From Anaerolineae bacterium (GTDB taxonomy: Bacteria; Chloroflexota; Anaerolineae; DUEN01): a stretch of DNA of 64,000 nt. Of the stretch, positions 17,242 to 27,290 are shown one piece after another. The position numbers and the translations under genes were made by a program. The stretch covers positions 24,302-88,301 of the forward strand of contig DAOUBB010000045.1 in the NCBI GenBank assembly GCA_034432955.1, in the 5' to 3' direction. The notes beneath the pieces are model-generated. The model had not been told where the DNA came from. It did no database searches and saw only the letters and a list, made by a program, of their open reading frames with translations. Positions within the stretch are counted from its first letter, which is position 1, and every line of letters starts with the position of its first letter.

Positions 17242-20130
17242 TCATGTCAGGGTCTTGAAGCGGCGGCCCGAGGCGGCCAGCTCATCCAGCATGGCCTTGG
17301 TCTCCGCTTCATTCGCGCCGGCCAGTCGTTCGACCTTGCAGCCGGCCGCGCGCAGCCGCTGCTCATCCTCCACCGAAACCCCCGCCACACCCCCTACGAT
17401 GGTCACGTACTGCGCCTGCATCGCATCTTCGATCCGGAAGCCGCACGCCGGCCGGAACCGCTGGATGTAGTTGGTCGCGTTGGCCCAATCCTGCCGCGCC
17501 CAGAAATCAGGGCTACGCCACCAGAACAGCAGATAGTGCTCAATCGTCTTGCGCGCGGTGTTCGCGTATTGAGCCTGTACCTCCTGGATGCGACGCATGA
17601 GCGCCTCTTTCCACTTCTGCCCGTTCAGCCACATGTCGCCCGGACAGGCGGTGGTCTGGTTGGGCATCTCCTTGTGCCCGCGCACCCAGTCCAACGGCAC
17701 ATTGAGCTGTTGCATGAGCCAGGCGATCAGGTGCCCGCCTCGCTCGATCTGCTCCGGCGTGGGGGTGGCGTTGGTAAAATCGCCAGCGAAGGCCACGCCG
17801 ACGCTGTACGCGTTCTGCCCGCGCGTGTGCGCCGAAACCGTCTCCACCCAGTTGGTCTGCTCGATCGTCCCGTCCGGGTTCACGAAGAAATGATAGCCAA
17901 TGCCGGGCCAGCCGTTGGTGTTCACGTGTACCTCGGCCACGCGGCGAGCCCCGATGGTGGGCGGAACCGCCGTGTGGTGGACGACGATCGCCTTAATGGC
18001 CGAGCGGAACCGCGTGCCGTAGACGTTGTTGGGGTCACTGCTCTTGGGCAGCTCATCCACGATCACATTGAGGGCTGGCCTGGGGATGGGGCCTAGCGGC
18101 ACATCGTCTAACTGGCGACGCAGGCTGGTGTTCTCACGCTGCAATTGACGGATTTGGGCTTCCGCGGCGGCTAGCTGTTGGCGGGCCGCATCCAACTCCG
18201 ATCGGGCCGTCGTCAGTTGAACCTGCAGCTCGGCCACACGTGCCCGTAGCTGGGTGATCTCCTCGGCCGGGGTTGCCTGTAACAAATCCCGAACCCTTTG
18301 CAAGAGCGAGTCCTTCCAGCGAGCGCCTTGTAGCCACTGCGTCCCCGGCGAGAAGGTGGAGGTCAACTCTGACATCCCAACGATCGCGGTCTCGGGCAGG
18401 TTGAGTTCCTGAAGCAGCCACGCGCTCAGGTGCGCCGCCGCATCCAGTTGGGGAGCGGAGGGGGGCTGCTCCATGAAATTGCCCGCCACGTAGATGTTGA
18501 CCCCTTCCACCGACCACGTCTGTTGCCCGTTCACCACCTCGGTCAGCGGCTGTGTCTGCAGGATGCGGCCATCGCCTGTGATCAGGTATTGGCCGGCGAA
18601 TCCTGGTAACCCGCGTTCCCGATGCGCCGTCGCCAGCCGATCCACGCTCACGGTGGCCGGCACTGCCGTGTGATTGAACACGAGATAACGGATCCGCTCC
18701 AGCGGCCGCTGGACAAAGCCGGCCGGGTTACGGCTCAACCGGCTGATCACGTCCTCGATCTGAGGGCGCTCCACGCGTCCGGTCGCCCGGTTGGGGGCGA
18801 CGGTCACCTCGATGGGAACGGTAAGCGGGGGGTTGCCCTGATCGCGGAACCAGGTAATCCCCTCCTCGACCAGATCCCACTCCAGGACGTAGTTGCCCGG
18901 CTGCGCTGGCGCTACCACCCGTGCGTCCACCTCGATCGTTTCGCCCGGCGCTACGTCCGATGGCAGCTCGCTGCGGATATCGTGCTCGGGCATCAGGAGC
19001 ACTGGCTGTCCCATCTGATCGAACCAGTGGAACCCCAGGTGCACAGGGTTCGCCCCATCGCGCTTCCAGAGCTGGCTCCCGTCGTTTCGCAGCCGAAAGT
19101 GCACCGCGTAGGTGGTGCCGGTGTACATCCGGGCTGGCGTGCTGTGTTCCAGAAACGCCGCGCGATACGGCTCGGCCACCGGCTGCTCTCGCCAGCGATA
19201 GTCGAAATCCAGGGCCATCAGAAAGTCCTCGATCACCCCGCGCTTCCCCTCAATCACCCACCGGTCCCGCGGCGGCCATCGGTACAACGCCAGCAGCCGG
19301 ATCTGCTGATGCCCCGGCTGCTGATTCCACCAGTTGATCTCGGCATAGGCGTTGCGCACCCATCCGCTGTTCACGTCCGCCCAGGGATCATTCTGATCCG
19401 TCTCCGTGATGTACACTGGCAGATGCCGCATGGAGGCCGGGATCGCTTCCATCAAGTCGCGGTAGGCGAAGAAATGGTAGTATCGGTGCTGGAAAGGGGG
19501 GGCCATGCGCGCCGTGCTGAAGATCAGGTTCGGATCGGCGCCGTGCGTGTAGGTGTGCAGGGCGATCGCGTCGCAGCCGTCAGGGCCCAACAGGCGCAGG
19601 ATGTCCTGGAAATAGACCACCCAATCACCGATGCTGTTGCCGGGATACGTGGTCTCATTGTTCCATAGCCCGACGGCTGCCACGCACACCTGGTCGTTTT
19701 CGTGGCCTGGCACCTGTTTGATCGCCTCCCGGCACAGACGGTAGCAGCGGGCGTACAACTGGGGTGTGATCACCTCACCGGTTCGCCCGCCGGGCCGTTC
19801 AACGGGCAGGTTCGGTTCATTGCCGATGATCCAGATGTGCGCGCCGCGCGAGGCCGCGACGAAGTTGGCGCAGCGCTGCGCGAAGTCCGCATATCGGCTG
19901 GAATGGGGGATCGTGCCGTTCGGCTCATAGCCATGGTTCAGGCGCACGATCACGCCCAGGTTCTGGTCAGACCACGGTCGGTAATCCCGGCCGGTACGGT
20001 TGTTGGGATCCGCTCCGAGCTCTTCGGTGAACACGATCCACCCGGGCTTGCCCTTGGCAAGCATGTATTTTTCGCCGCCCTCTTCGTGGATCCCGAAAAT
20101 GTACGGAGAATCACGCAGTGGTCGAGGCAT
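17242..20130 (-). CDS. Large cell-wall hydrolase: GH5-like (clan GH-A, GNEPN motif) domain plus two N-acetylmuramoyl-L-alanine amidase (Amidase_2/PGRP) domains plus coiled coil
   Basis: IWIIGNEPNLP glycosidase motif. Two amidase_2 blocks (VFNHTAVPATV...GVNIYVAGNF and VVHHTAVPPTI...SVGVAFAGDF). Heptad-rich segment ELQVQLTTARSELDAARQQLAAAEAQIRQLQREN. No N-terminal signal peptide. Confidence 0.7.
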   Translation of the reverse strand: MPRPLRDSPYIFGIHEEGGEKYMLAKGKPGWIVFTEELGADPNNRTGRDYRPWSDQNLGVIVRLNHGYEPNGTIPHSSRYADFAQRCANFVAASRGAHIWIIGNEPNLPVERPGGRTGEVITPQLYARCYRLCREAIKQVPGHENDQVCVAAVGLWNNETTYPGNSIGDWVVYFQDILRLLGPDGCDAIALHTYTHGADPNLIFSTARMAPPFQHRYYHFFAYRDLMEAIPASMRHLPVYITETDQNDPWADVNSGWVRNAYAEINWWNQQPGHQQIRLLALYRWPPRDRWVIEGKRGVIEDFLMALDFDYRWREQPVAEPYRAAFLEHSTPARMYTGTTYAVHFRLRNDGSQLWKRDGANPVHLGFHWFDQMGQPVLLMPEHDIRSELPSDVAPGETIEVDARVVAPAQPGNYVLEWDLVEEGITWFRDQGNPPLTVPIEVTVAPNRATGRVERPQIEDVISRLSRNPAGFVQRPLERIRYLVFNHTAVPATVSVDRLATAHRERGLPGFAGQYLITGDGRILQTQPLTEVVNGQQTWSVEGVNIYVAGNFMEQPPSAPQLDAAAHLSAWLLQELNLPETAIVGMSELTSTFSPGTQWLQGARWKDSLLQRVRDLLQATPAEEITQLRARVAELQVQLTTARSELDAARQQLAAAEAQIRQLQRENTSLRRQLDDVPLGPIPRPALNVIVDELPKSSDPNNVYGTRFRSAIKAIVVHHTAVPPTIGARRVAEVHVNTNGWPGIGYHFFVNPDGTIEQTNWVETVSAHTRGQNAYSVGVAFAGDFTNATPTPEQIERGGHLIAWLMQQLNVPLDWVRGHKEMPNQTTACPGDMWLNGQKWKEALMRRIQEVQAQYANTARKTIEHYLLFWWRSPDFWARQDWANATNYIQRFRPACGFRIEDAMQAQYVTIVGGVAGVSVEDEQRLRAAGCKVERLAGANEAETKAMLDELAASGRRFKTLT

Positions 20131-20233
20131 TTCATTCCTCCATAATCAGAGTGCAACGTCGAAGCTGATCGCCTTCCGAGATTATATATTAACTTTTCGT
20201 GGCTGTCTACGGCCGGCAAGCGGGCATTATACT

Positions 20234-20268
20234 CAGGTGCCCGGCACCTCAAAGGTGCCGGGCACCTG
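20234..20268. repeat. 35-bp perfect palindromic element (copy 3)
   Basis: Identical to 8399 and 8614. Located in the divergent intergenic region between the hydrolase and the TPR-PD40 gene. Confidence 0.85.
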
Positions 20269-20378
20269 ATATCGCAGGCTACAAAGCTTGCGGGAGGGTT
20301 TCCAGTGCGTGCGATCATTTGGACACGCTTCCGGATTGCGAGTATAATCCCACGGATTGTGGGAGGAGACGATCACCC

Positions 20379-22133
20379 ATGGGGACTCTGCGCTGGAAAC
20401 TGGCGTTTGCGGCTGCGATGCTGATCGGCGTCTCGGCGCTGGTCCTGAGCGTCGCCCTGGGCGTCTACCAGGGCCAGCAACAACGGATCGAATCTCTGGA
20501 ACGACAAATTACGGCCTACCAGCGTGAGCTGGCGACCGTCCATTATCAGCAGGGGCTTGCGTATCTGCAAGCCGGACGGCTCGACGAGGCCCATGCCGAG
20601 CTGCAAACGGCCCTCGATCTGCAGCCGGATTATCCCGAAGCTGCTGCAGCGCTGCAGAGGCTGCAACAGCTACAGCAGTCGTCCACCCCTGCGCCAACAG
20701 GGACAATGACCCCCTCGCCTTCCCTCGCTGAGTCCGTCAGTGCGGGCCAAGGCGACGCGCTGCAGTTGCTCTTCGAGGGGGCAGCTCGAGCCTATCAGCT
20801 CGGCAATTGGGCGGAGGTTATCCGATTGCTCGAATCGCTGCGCCTCCAGGACATCGCGTACCAACGCCCGGAGGTGGAGCGCATGTTGTTCAGGGCGTAT
20901 CGCCAGCAGGGGGCAGCGCTGGTCGAGCAGGATCGCTTTGAAGAGGCGTTGCGCATGTTCGACCGCGCGCTGGTGCTGAGGCCGGATGCGCAGGACGTCA
21001 AGAGCGAGCGCGAGATGGCCGCCCTGTACAGTGACGGCTTGAGCTACTGGCGCGCCGACTGGCAACAGGCCATCGCCCGCTTTCAGCAGATCTACGACCG
21101 AAACCCAAATTATCGGGATGTCAGACAGCGCCTGGCCGATGCCCATGCCGGCTACGCGGAGCGGCTGGGCGAGCGCGGGAACTGGTGCGCGGCCGCGGAG
21201 CGATATGAGGAGGCGCTGAAGATCGTGGACTCCGAAGCCGTGCGTGCAAGCCGTGATCTTGCCGTGGAGCGATGCAAGGCCGGCGTAGGGGTGATCGCCG
21301 AGATAGAAGGGGTTGGCAGCAGCATGAAAGGGCGCGTGGCTGTGGCCGCGCGCGACCCGTATGTCCGACGCTATCGCATCTTCACGATCGCGCCAGGGCA
21401 GGCTCCCCAGGTGTTAATCGAAGAGGCCGCTCAGCCGACCTGGTCGCCGGACGGGAAAGCGGTGGCCTTTCGCTCGTTGAAGGCTGACGAGCTGGGCCTT
21501 GAGCTTCTCGTCTTCGCCACGGGCCAACGCCGTCGTGTGACCCGCTTCGCGGAGGATGGTTTCCCCTCCTGGTCGCCCGACGGACAGCAGATCGTGTTCG
21601 CCTCAAACCGCGAAGGGGATCGCCGCTGGCGCATTTACCGGGTGTGGGCATGGGCGGAAGGCACCCTTCCGGAGACCAGCCTGGGGTTCGGGCGATCGCC
21701 GGCGTGGTCCCCGGATGGCCAGCGCATCGCCTATCAGGGGTGTGATGAGCGGGGCAACCGCTGTGGTTTATGGACCATGGCGCCCGATGGCAGCAACCGC
21801 CAGCCGCTGACCGATGACCCCAGCGACACCGCGCCCGCTTGGTCTCCGGACGGCCGATGGCTGGCCTTCATGTCCTATGCGCGGACAGGTCGTTGGGATA
21901 TCTACGTTCTCCAGATGGCCACGGGAAAGGTGACGCCGTTGGTGATGGGAGCGGGCAACGCTGGCCTGCCGGCGTGGTCGCCAGACGGCCAGCAGATCGC
22001 CTTCCTCTCTGACCGATCAGGCAACTGGGCGATCTACGTGGTTCCGGCTGCGGGTGGCTCGATCCGAAAGCTGGCCGACCTGCCAGGCACCACCGATGAC
22101 TGGCTCCTGGAACGGTTGAGCTGGGGACGGTGA
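20379..22133 (+). CDS. TPR-repeat plus PD40/TolB-like beta-propeller protein with N-terminal TM anchor
   Basis: GGGAGGAG sits 10 nt before the ATG at 20379. [25 protein letters not shown] repeats. Repeated WSPDG(K/Q/R)xxAF PD40 blades. Confidence 0.7.
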   Translation: MGTLRWKLAFAAAMLIGVSALVLSVALGVYQGQQQRIESLERQITAYQRELATVHYQQGLAYLQAGRLDEAHAELQTALDLQPDYPEAAAALQRLQQLQQSSTPAPTGTMTPSPSLAESVSAGQGDALQLLFEGAARAYQLGNWAEVIRLLESLRLQDIAYQRPEVERMLFRAYRQQGAALVEQDRFEEALRMFDRALVLRPDAQDVKSEREMAALYSDGLSYWRADWQQAIARFQQIYDRNPNYRDVRQRLADAHAGYAERLGERGNWCAAAERYEEALKIVDSEAVRASRDLAVERCKAGVGVIAEIEGVGSSMKGRVAVAARDPYVRRYRIFTIAPGQAPQVLIEEAAQPTWSPDGKAVAFRSLKADELGLELLVFATGQRRRVTRFAEDGFPSWSPDGQQIVFASNREGDRRWRIYRVWAWAEGTLPETSLGFGRSPAWSPDGQRIAYQGCDERGNRCGLWTMAPDGSNRQPLTDDPSDTAPAWSPDGRWLAFMSYARTGRWDIYVLQMATGKVTPLVMGAGNAGLPAWSPDGQQIAFLSDRSGNWAIYVVPAAGGSIRKLADLPGTTDDWLLERLSWGR

Positions 22134-22233
22134 ACCCGCGCTGGCACAGGGCGCGGGGTATGAATCAGCGCTCGCTGACTCGTTAAGGGCGTTTTTGACG
22201 GCTGCTGGGCTTGTGTGTATACTTGAAATCGGA

Positions 22234-22310
<77 letters not shown>

Positions 22311-22311
22311 T

Positions 22312-22386
22312 GCGGGAGTAGCTCAGATGGTAGAGCCTCGGCCTTCCAAGCCGTTGGTCGCGGGTTCGAGTCCCGTCTCCCGCTCC
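22312..22386 (+). tRNA. tRNA-Gly (anticodon TCC)
   Basis: GCGGGAG...CTCCCGC acceptor. Anticodon loop CTTCCAA. GGTTCGAGTCC T-arm. Confidence 0.85.
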
Positions 22387-22392
22387 TGAAAC

Positions 22393-22465
22393 GGGCCCCT
22401 AGCTCAGCGGTTAGAGCGACCGGCTCATAACCGGTTGGCCCTCGGTTCGAATCCGAGGGGGCCCA
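22393..22465 (+). tRNA. tRNA-Met (anticodon CAT; elongator type, could alternatively be tRNA-Ile2/lysidine)
   Basis: GGGCCCC...GGGGCCC acceptor with G1-C72 pair. Anticodon loop CTCATAA. GGTTCGAATCC T-arm. Confidence 0.8.
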
Positions 22466-22483
22466 CTCTTCTCCGAAGCTCCA

Positions 22484-22516
22484 GTCGTGTCAGGCTGGAG
22501 TTTGTTGTTCCTCAGG
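22484..22516 (+). terminator. Intrinsic terminator after the tRNA cluster
   Basis: CTCCAG-tcgtgtcagg-CTGGAG hairpin followed by TTTGTTGTTCC. Confidence 0.55.
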
Positions 22517-22560
22517 AGGGACGTGAAATGCCATCAGCCGATGGCACAGCCTGAACGCCA

Positions 22561-23283
22561 ATGGGTATCTGGTCTGATTGGCGGTTCGAGCTCGGCCCGT
22601 GGGTGCTGGTCTCGCTGCTGCTTTATCTGTTCGGTAGCCAGGCTCTGCGCCTGAATTCCGCCGCCCGGATGATAGGCTGGCTGATGGATCGCGGCATCCT
22701 GGGGCCGATCTGGTGGGGGGGGCGCCTGGCTTATCTGGCCGGCCTCCCCTATCTGGCCTTGCTGGTCGGAGCGGCCTCGCCTCGTGGCATGGGGTTGATC
22801 GGGCTGGATTGGGTGCGCACCCTGGGGTTCGGCGTGCCACTGGCCGCGGTGGCCTGGGCGTTGATTCTGGTCGGCTGGCATCAGGCCAGCCCGATGCAAT
22901 CCGATCCGAACGATGCCCGCCGTCGGGGCTTTCTGACGGCCGGCTGGCTATCGGCCGCGCTGGAGGCCGGCGGGCAGCAGATGCATTGGGCTTTCTATCG
23001 GGACGCCGGGATCCGCTGGTTAGGTCCCTACTGGGGAGCCTGGGCGAGCCTGCTGCTCCTCGGGCTGGAGTGGATCAGTGGAACCGTGGGGCGCGCTCGA
23101 GGTGCTCCAGTTCAGCCCCTCATGGTGAACATCCTGCTTGCCATCGTCACGACCGCCCTCTATCTGGCCGTGCCCAACTGGTGGCTGAGTTGGGGGTTGC
23201 ACACGCTCGCTTTACTCGGCACTCGAATGGCCGTGGGGCCAGTCGGGCTGCTTGACCGCGGACAATTGACGATGGGCGGATGA
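22561..23283 (+). CDS. Hypothetical polytopic membrane protein
   Basis: 240-aa ORF with about 6 hydrophobic helices. Trp/Leu/Gly-rich. No recognised motif. Confidence 0.5.
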   Translation: MGIWSDWRFELGPWVLVSLLLYLFGSQALRLNSAARMIGWLMDRGILGPIWWGGRLAYLAGLPYLALLVGAASPRGMGLIGLDWVRTLGFGVPLAAVAWALILVGWHQASPMQSDPNDARRRGFLTAGWLSAALEAGGQQMHWAFYRDAGIRWLGPYWGAWASLLLLGLEWISGTVGRARGAPVQPLMVNILLAIVTTALYLAVPNWWLSWGLHTLALLGTRMAVGPVGLLDRGQLTMGG

Positions 23284-23292
23284 TGAAAGGTG

Positions 23293-24462
23293 TTACCTAG
23301 CCAGCATCGGCAGATAGACGTAGGACGTTGCACCGGTACCCTGCATGCTGGCGAACACATCATCGGCGCCGGCCAGCCCTGTTCCCACCCAGGCTACCCA
23401 TGCCGCGCCCGTAAGCCCTACGGCCAGCGCTGGTTGGCTGATGCCGTTCGCCTCAGTCCACACGTTTTCCGCTGATCCCCACGTGCCGTTTACCAGAAAA
23501 CGAGCGCGCAGCGTATTACCCGCCACCCATACCTGTGCCAGCCGGTCTCCCCAGGCCAGCACCGGCTCAACCACGTCGGCGTTCGCCTGCGCCAGTACGT
23601 TGGGAGCCGTCCATCCTGTGGCAGAGCGGAAGGAAGTCCACACCTGCATCCTGCCGCTCACCTCTTCTTGCCAGGCTACCCACGGCGTGCCATCAGGGGT
23701 TAACGCCAGCGAGCCGTTAAACGATTGAGCGCTGGGCGTACTCGAGACATCTTCCGGCCACGTCCAGGCATTCCCCGTCCAACGTGTGTAAAACAGGTCC
23801 AGAGGATCGCCCAAAGTGTATGCCTCAGCCCACAGCACGTGCGGCCGATTCGCCGCGTCTACAGCGACCTGCGGGTCTAACCCGAAGGCGCCGAGCGAAG
23901 GATCGCTTTCCCACACCAGGCCATCATCGGACGAGGCATAGAGCACCCACGGATCGGTCAGCGGGTCTTCCACCCACACCACGTGCCGCCGGCCGTCAGC
24001 GGCCACTGCGATCGCCGGCGTAGCCGAGGGGGCGCTTGTGTCAGACACATTGACGGCCACTGTCCAGCCAGACGCACTCCAGGAACGATAGAGAATTTCC
24101 GCGTTACCACCGAACACGTCCACATAGACCAGGTGCAGCCGGCCATCGTTGCCGGCGGCTAAGGCAGGCTCAGACCCACGGCCGATCTGTACTGTAGGCG
24201 ACCAGCCTGAATCGGTTTGGTAACGGTGATAAAGCTGGCTCGATTCCTCCCAGACCACATGCAAGCGGCCAGCCACCAGCGCAACCGAGGGATTGGCCGA
24301 GTCAGCCTGAGACTGGGAGAGATTGATCGGCACAGACCAGGCCAGCGTCGCGCTGTCCGCCCGTTCGGCCCAGAGCAGCCATGCCAACGCCAGTGCCGCG
24401 CTCAGCAGCCCTCCCAAGACATACCCCGACGCTCGCCATAGAACACGCATAGCTCGTCTCAT
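23293..24462 (-). CDS. Secreted repeat protein (BNR/sialidase-like beta-propeller repeats), signal-anchored
   Basis: N-terminal signal/TM LGGLLSAALALAWLLWA. Repeated HVVW / HLVYV / HVLW blades with D-x-G-x-x-W-like motifs. Confidence 0.55.
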   Translation of the reverse strand: MRRAMRVLWRASGYVLGGLLSAALALAWLLWAERADSATLAWSVPINLSQSQADSANPSVALVAGRLHVVWEESSQLYHRYQTDSGWSPTVQIGRGSEPALAAGNDGRLHLVYVDVFGGNAEILYRSWSASGWTVAVNVSDTSAPSATPAIAVAADGRRHVVWVEDPLTDPWVLYASSDDGLVWESDPSLGAFGLDPQVAVDAANRPHVLWAEAYTLGDPLDLFYTRWTGNAWTWPEDVSSTPSAQSFNGSLALTPDGTPWVAWQEEVSGRMQVWTSFRSATGWTAPNVLAQANADVVEPVLAWGDRLAQVWVAGNTLRARFLVNGTWGSAENVWTEANGISQPALAVGLTGAAWVAWVGTGLAGADDVFASMQGTGATSYVYLPMLAR

Positions 24463-24545
24463 TCACCCTCGCTCCAGCACGCGAAGAGAGGCGGGCCATG
24501 CACTCCATAACCCGCCTCCTATGTCCCGAAGCAGCCTATCGCCGT

Positions 24546-26045
24546 CTAGCGATCCCGGGCCTGGCCAGGTTGCGGTCGCATCGAATCATTTCCGCGGACC
24601 CGCACCTGCTTTGCCAGCACCAGATAGCTTCCAAGCTGCCACCCCTTGACCTCGGCGCGACGTCCCACTGCGGGCGTGCCCCGCACCTCCGTCTCGGCCG
24701 TTACCTGCACGGTGTAATCACCGATCGCCCACTCTCCAATCCAGCCATTGCCTGGCATCCGTACGATGGCTCCGATGAACTCGACTTCATCTGGCTCAGG
24801 GGTTTCGGTGGGTTCGGGAGTCTCAGTAGGCTCCATTTCCTCTTCCACCCTGGTCGCAACCAGGGAATCGTCTTGCTGTCTGGCGTGCACTTCCACTCGT
24901 TCGCCCACCACAGGCGTGCCCTCGATCTCCGTCTCGGCCGTCACCAGAACCTCGATGCCGCCCACGATCCAGATCTGGGTTCCATTGGCGAGCGTCACAG
25001 TTGGCTCTACCACGCTCAGCAACGTGCCCTCGATCTTGACCTCGTCCCGTCCCGCCTCAGGCCGCAAGACTTTGATGTGAAGCGCCGTGAGCTGCCAGCT
25101 GCCGTTCATCGAGGTGACCGCTGCTTCTACAGCTACGCGAGCGTTCACATCAGCGAACCCATGTCGGGTATCCACGCGCGTGGAAGGCGTCACTGCTACC
25201 TGGACGGTCGAAATCACCCAGGAAGTATCACCCTTTTCCTGGATGACGCCGGTGAATTCCACCCCTTCTTCAGGTTCGGGCTCTGGCTCCTGGACGATGA
25301 TGCGAGTCGCGCGCAGCGAGCCATCGTTCTGCACCAGCGCGTGCACCTCGACTGTCCGCCCCACCGCTGGCTCACCGACGATCATCGTGTGCTCGTCCAC
25401 CATCACGCGCTGGCCGCTAACGATCCACTCTCCGAGGAGGCCGCCTTCTGGCAGGGATTCGATCTCCCCCCGGAACTTCACGGGCCGCGGGCGATCGCCC
25501 AGGTCTCGGACTTCGATTTTGATGGCCTTCAACTGGCCATTCTCAGAGATGGCATGGACCTTGACCCAGTCGCCTACATCGGGCGTGCCCTCGATCGTAG
25601 TCACTCCACCCGTCACATCGACCAGAACCTGCACCTGGCTGATCGTCCACACGCCATCCAGGCCCTGCTCGGGCAAAGCTCGGATGACGCCCTGAAACTC
25701 CACTCGACGCGGCCGTTCTTGCCGATGCACCTGAATCAGATCGGCTATCAGGCTGAGAGGGTTGCCGACCTGCATATGGGCAACGACGCGCACCTGGTCA
25801 CCCTGACTGGCAGGACCGTTGATGATGTTGGTTTCCTCAGTAACCTCCACCTGCACTGTCCCATACTGCATCTGAATCGTCCACACGCCCAGGCCATCAG
25901 GGGGCAATTCCTGTACCACCCCTTTGAACTTCACGCGGAGGCCACCTGGTGGATCGGAAGGGGCCGCCTGAGCTACACCGACCAGCCCCACGATCAGCGC
26001 AAGCATGAGCAGTCCGCCTATCAAAACCTGTCCTCGGCGTCGCAT
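24546..26045 (-). CDS. Secreted DUF5666-repeat protein
   Basis: AGGAGG sits 8 nt upstream of the ATG at 26045 (MRRRGQVLIGGLLMLALIVGLVGVAQA signal peptide). At least 5 tandem repeats of VEFxGVIxxLP...WxIxxxxVxVxxxTxIxGxPxVGxxVxVxA. Pro/Glu/Thr-rich linkers. Confidence 0.65.
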   Translation of the reverse strand: MRRRGQVLIGGLLMLALIVGLVGVAQAAPSDPPGGLRVKFKGVVQELPPDGLGVWTIQMQYGTVQVEVTEETNIINGPASQGDQVRVVAHMQVGNPLSLIADLIQVHRQERPRRVEFQGVIRALPEQGLDGVWTISQVQVLVDVTGGVTTIEGTPDVGDWVKVHAISENGQLKAIKIEVRDLGDRPRPVKFRGEIESLPEGGLLGEWIVSGQRVMVDEHTMIVGEPAVGRTVEVHALVQNDGSLRATRIIVQEPEPEPEEGVEFTGVIQEKGDTSWVISTVQVAVTPSTRVDTRHGFADVNARVAVEAAVTSMNGSWQLTALHIKVLRPEAGRDEVKIEGTLLSVVEPTVTLANGTQIWIVGGIEVLVTAETEIEGTPVVGERVEVHARQQDDSLVATRVEEEMEPTETPEPTETPEPDEVEFIGAIVRMPGNGWIGEWAIGDYTVQVTAETEVRGTPAVGRRAEVKGWQLGSYLVLAKQVRVRGNDSMRPQPGQARDR

Positions 26046-26269
26046 GACTAAATCCTCCTGCAGAGTGATTTTCGCTTTCGCGTTCTCCACTATCTTACTG
26101 CCGTCCACAGCGCATCACAATAAGGAAAAAGGGGGAGCCTCGCCCCCAGGCGCCAACGAACATGATCTGGTGGCCGATGACTTCACAAGGGTCACTCAGT
26201 TGAAGTGGTGTGGGTACTTTGCTATAATGCCGGCGTCTCCGCATTCCATCTTGTCCAGGAGGCGAAACC

Positions 26270-27169
26270 ATGATCGAACGAGTGAGCTATACTGGCTGGC
26301 CGAACTGCTACCGGCTGACGGACGGCCGGATCGAGGCGATCGCCACGGGGGACATCGGCCCGCGCGTCGTGCGGCTGGCCTTCGTGAACGGGGAAAACGC
26401 CTTTGGAGCCCTGGAAGAGCAGATGGGCCTCACCGGTGGAAACGAGTGGAGGCTCTATGGCGGTCATCGCTTCTGGCATGCACCGGAAGCTATGCCGCGC
26501 TCGTACTACCCAGACAACGAGCCAGTCCATGTGCGGGCCGAGGGTGATACCCTCGTGCTGACACCGCCGTTGGAGAAAACAACGGGCATTCAGAAGACTC
26601 TGACGGTGTCGCTGGTTTCCGGGCATTTCGAGGTCACCCACACCCTGCGCAACGAAGGGATGTGGACGATCCAGATCGCTCCCTGGGCGTTAAGTGTGAT
26701 GGCGCTGAACGGCGTCGCCATCGTCCCGCAACCTCAGGCGCCCGATCCTAAAGCGCTGTTGCCCAACCGCACGCTAATGCTCTGGCCGTACACCCATATG
26801 GCCGATCCTCGCTGGCACTGGGGCAACCGGTTCGTGACCCTTCGCCAGGATCCGAAGGCCGGGCCGACCAAGTTCGGCCTCAGCGCGGCCGATGGCTGGT
26901 GCGCGTACTGGAATCACGGCTTCCTGTTCGTCAAGCGATTTGACTATCGGCCAGGGGCAACCTACCCGGACAACGGCTGCACCGTTGAATGCTACACTAA
27001 CGAACGGTTTTTGGAGCTGGAGACGCTAGGGCCTTTGACATGGCTGGAGCCGGGCGCTTCCGTCAGCCACGTTGAGCGCTGGTACCTGTTCTCCAACGTG
27101 ACGATGGATGTCACCAACGAGGACGATATCGCCTCGGCCCTGGCCCCTATCCTGAGGCAGACGGCATGA
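26270..27169 (+). CDS. Hypothetical protein (beta-sandwich/carbohydrate-binding-like)
   Basis: AGGAGG RBS. -35 TTGAAG, 17-nt spacer, then TGCTATAAT -10 upstream. No confident family assignment. Confidence 0.55.
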   Translation: MIERVSYTGWPNCYRLTDGRIEAIATGDIGPRVVRLAFVNGENAFGALEEQMGLTGGNEWRLYGGHRFWHAPEAMPRSYYPDNEPVHVRAEGDTLVLTPPLEKTTGIQKTLTVSLVSGHFEVTHTLRNEGMWTIQIAPWALSVMALNGVAIVPQPQAPDPKALLPNRTLMLWPYTHMADPRWHWGNRFVTLRQDPKAGPTKFGLSAADGWCAYWNHGFLFVKRFDYRPGATYPDNGCTVECYTNERFLELETLGPLTWLEPGASVSHVERWYLFSNVTMDVTNEDDIASALAPILRQTA

Positions 27170-27248
27170 TCGGCCCCGAGCTTCCTTGGGGCATCAGCCC
27201 CATAACAAGATGGGTGACAGAAGGCGCTGCCTTCTGCCACCCAAAGGA

Positions 27249-27268
27249 CTAAGACTTTTCAGACACCC
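27249..27268 (-). repeat. 20-bp dispersed 3'-UTR repeat AGGGTGTCTGAAAAGTCTTA (copy A, downstream of tkt)
   Basis: Exact match to 58532..58551 in the same orientation relative to the upstream gene. Followed by a hairpin (GCAGAAGGC-agc-GCCTTCTGC). Confidence 0.7.
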
Positions 27269-27290
27269 TCTCAGAGCGAAGGAAGCTGCC

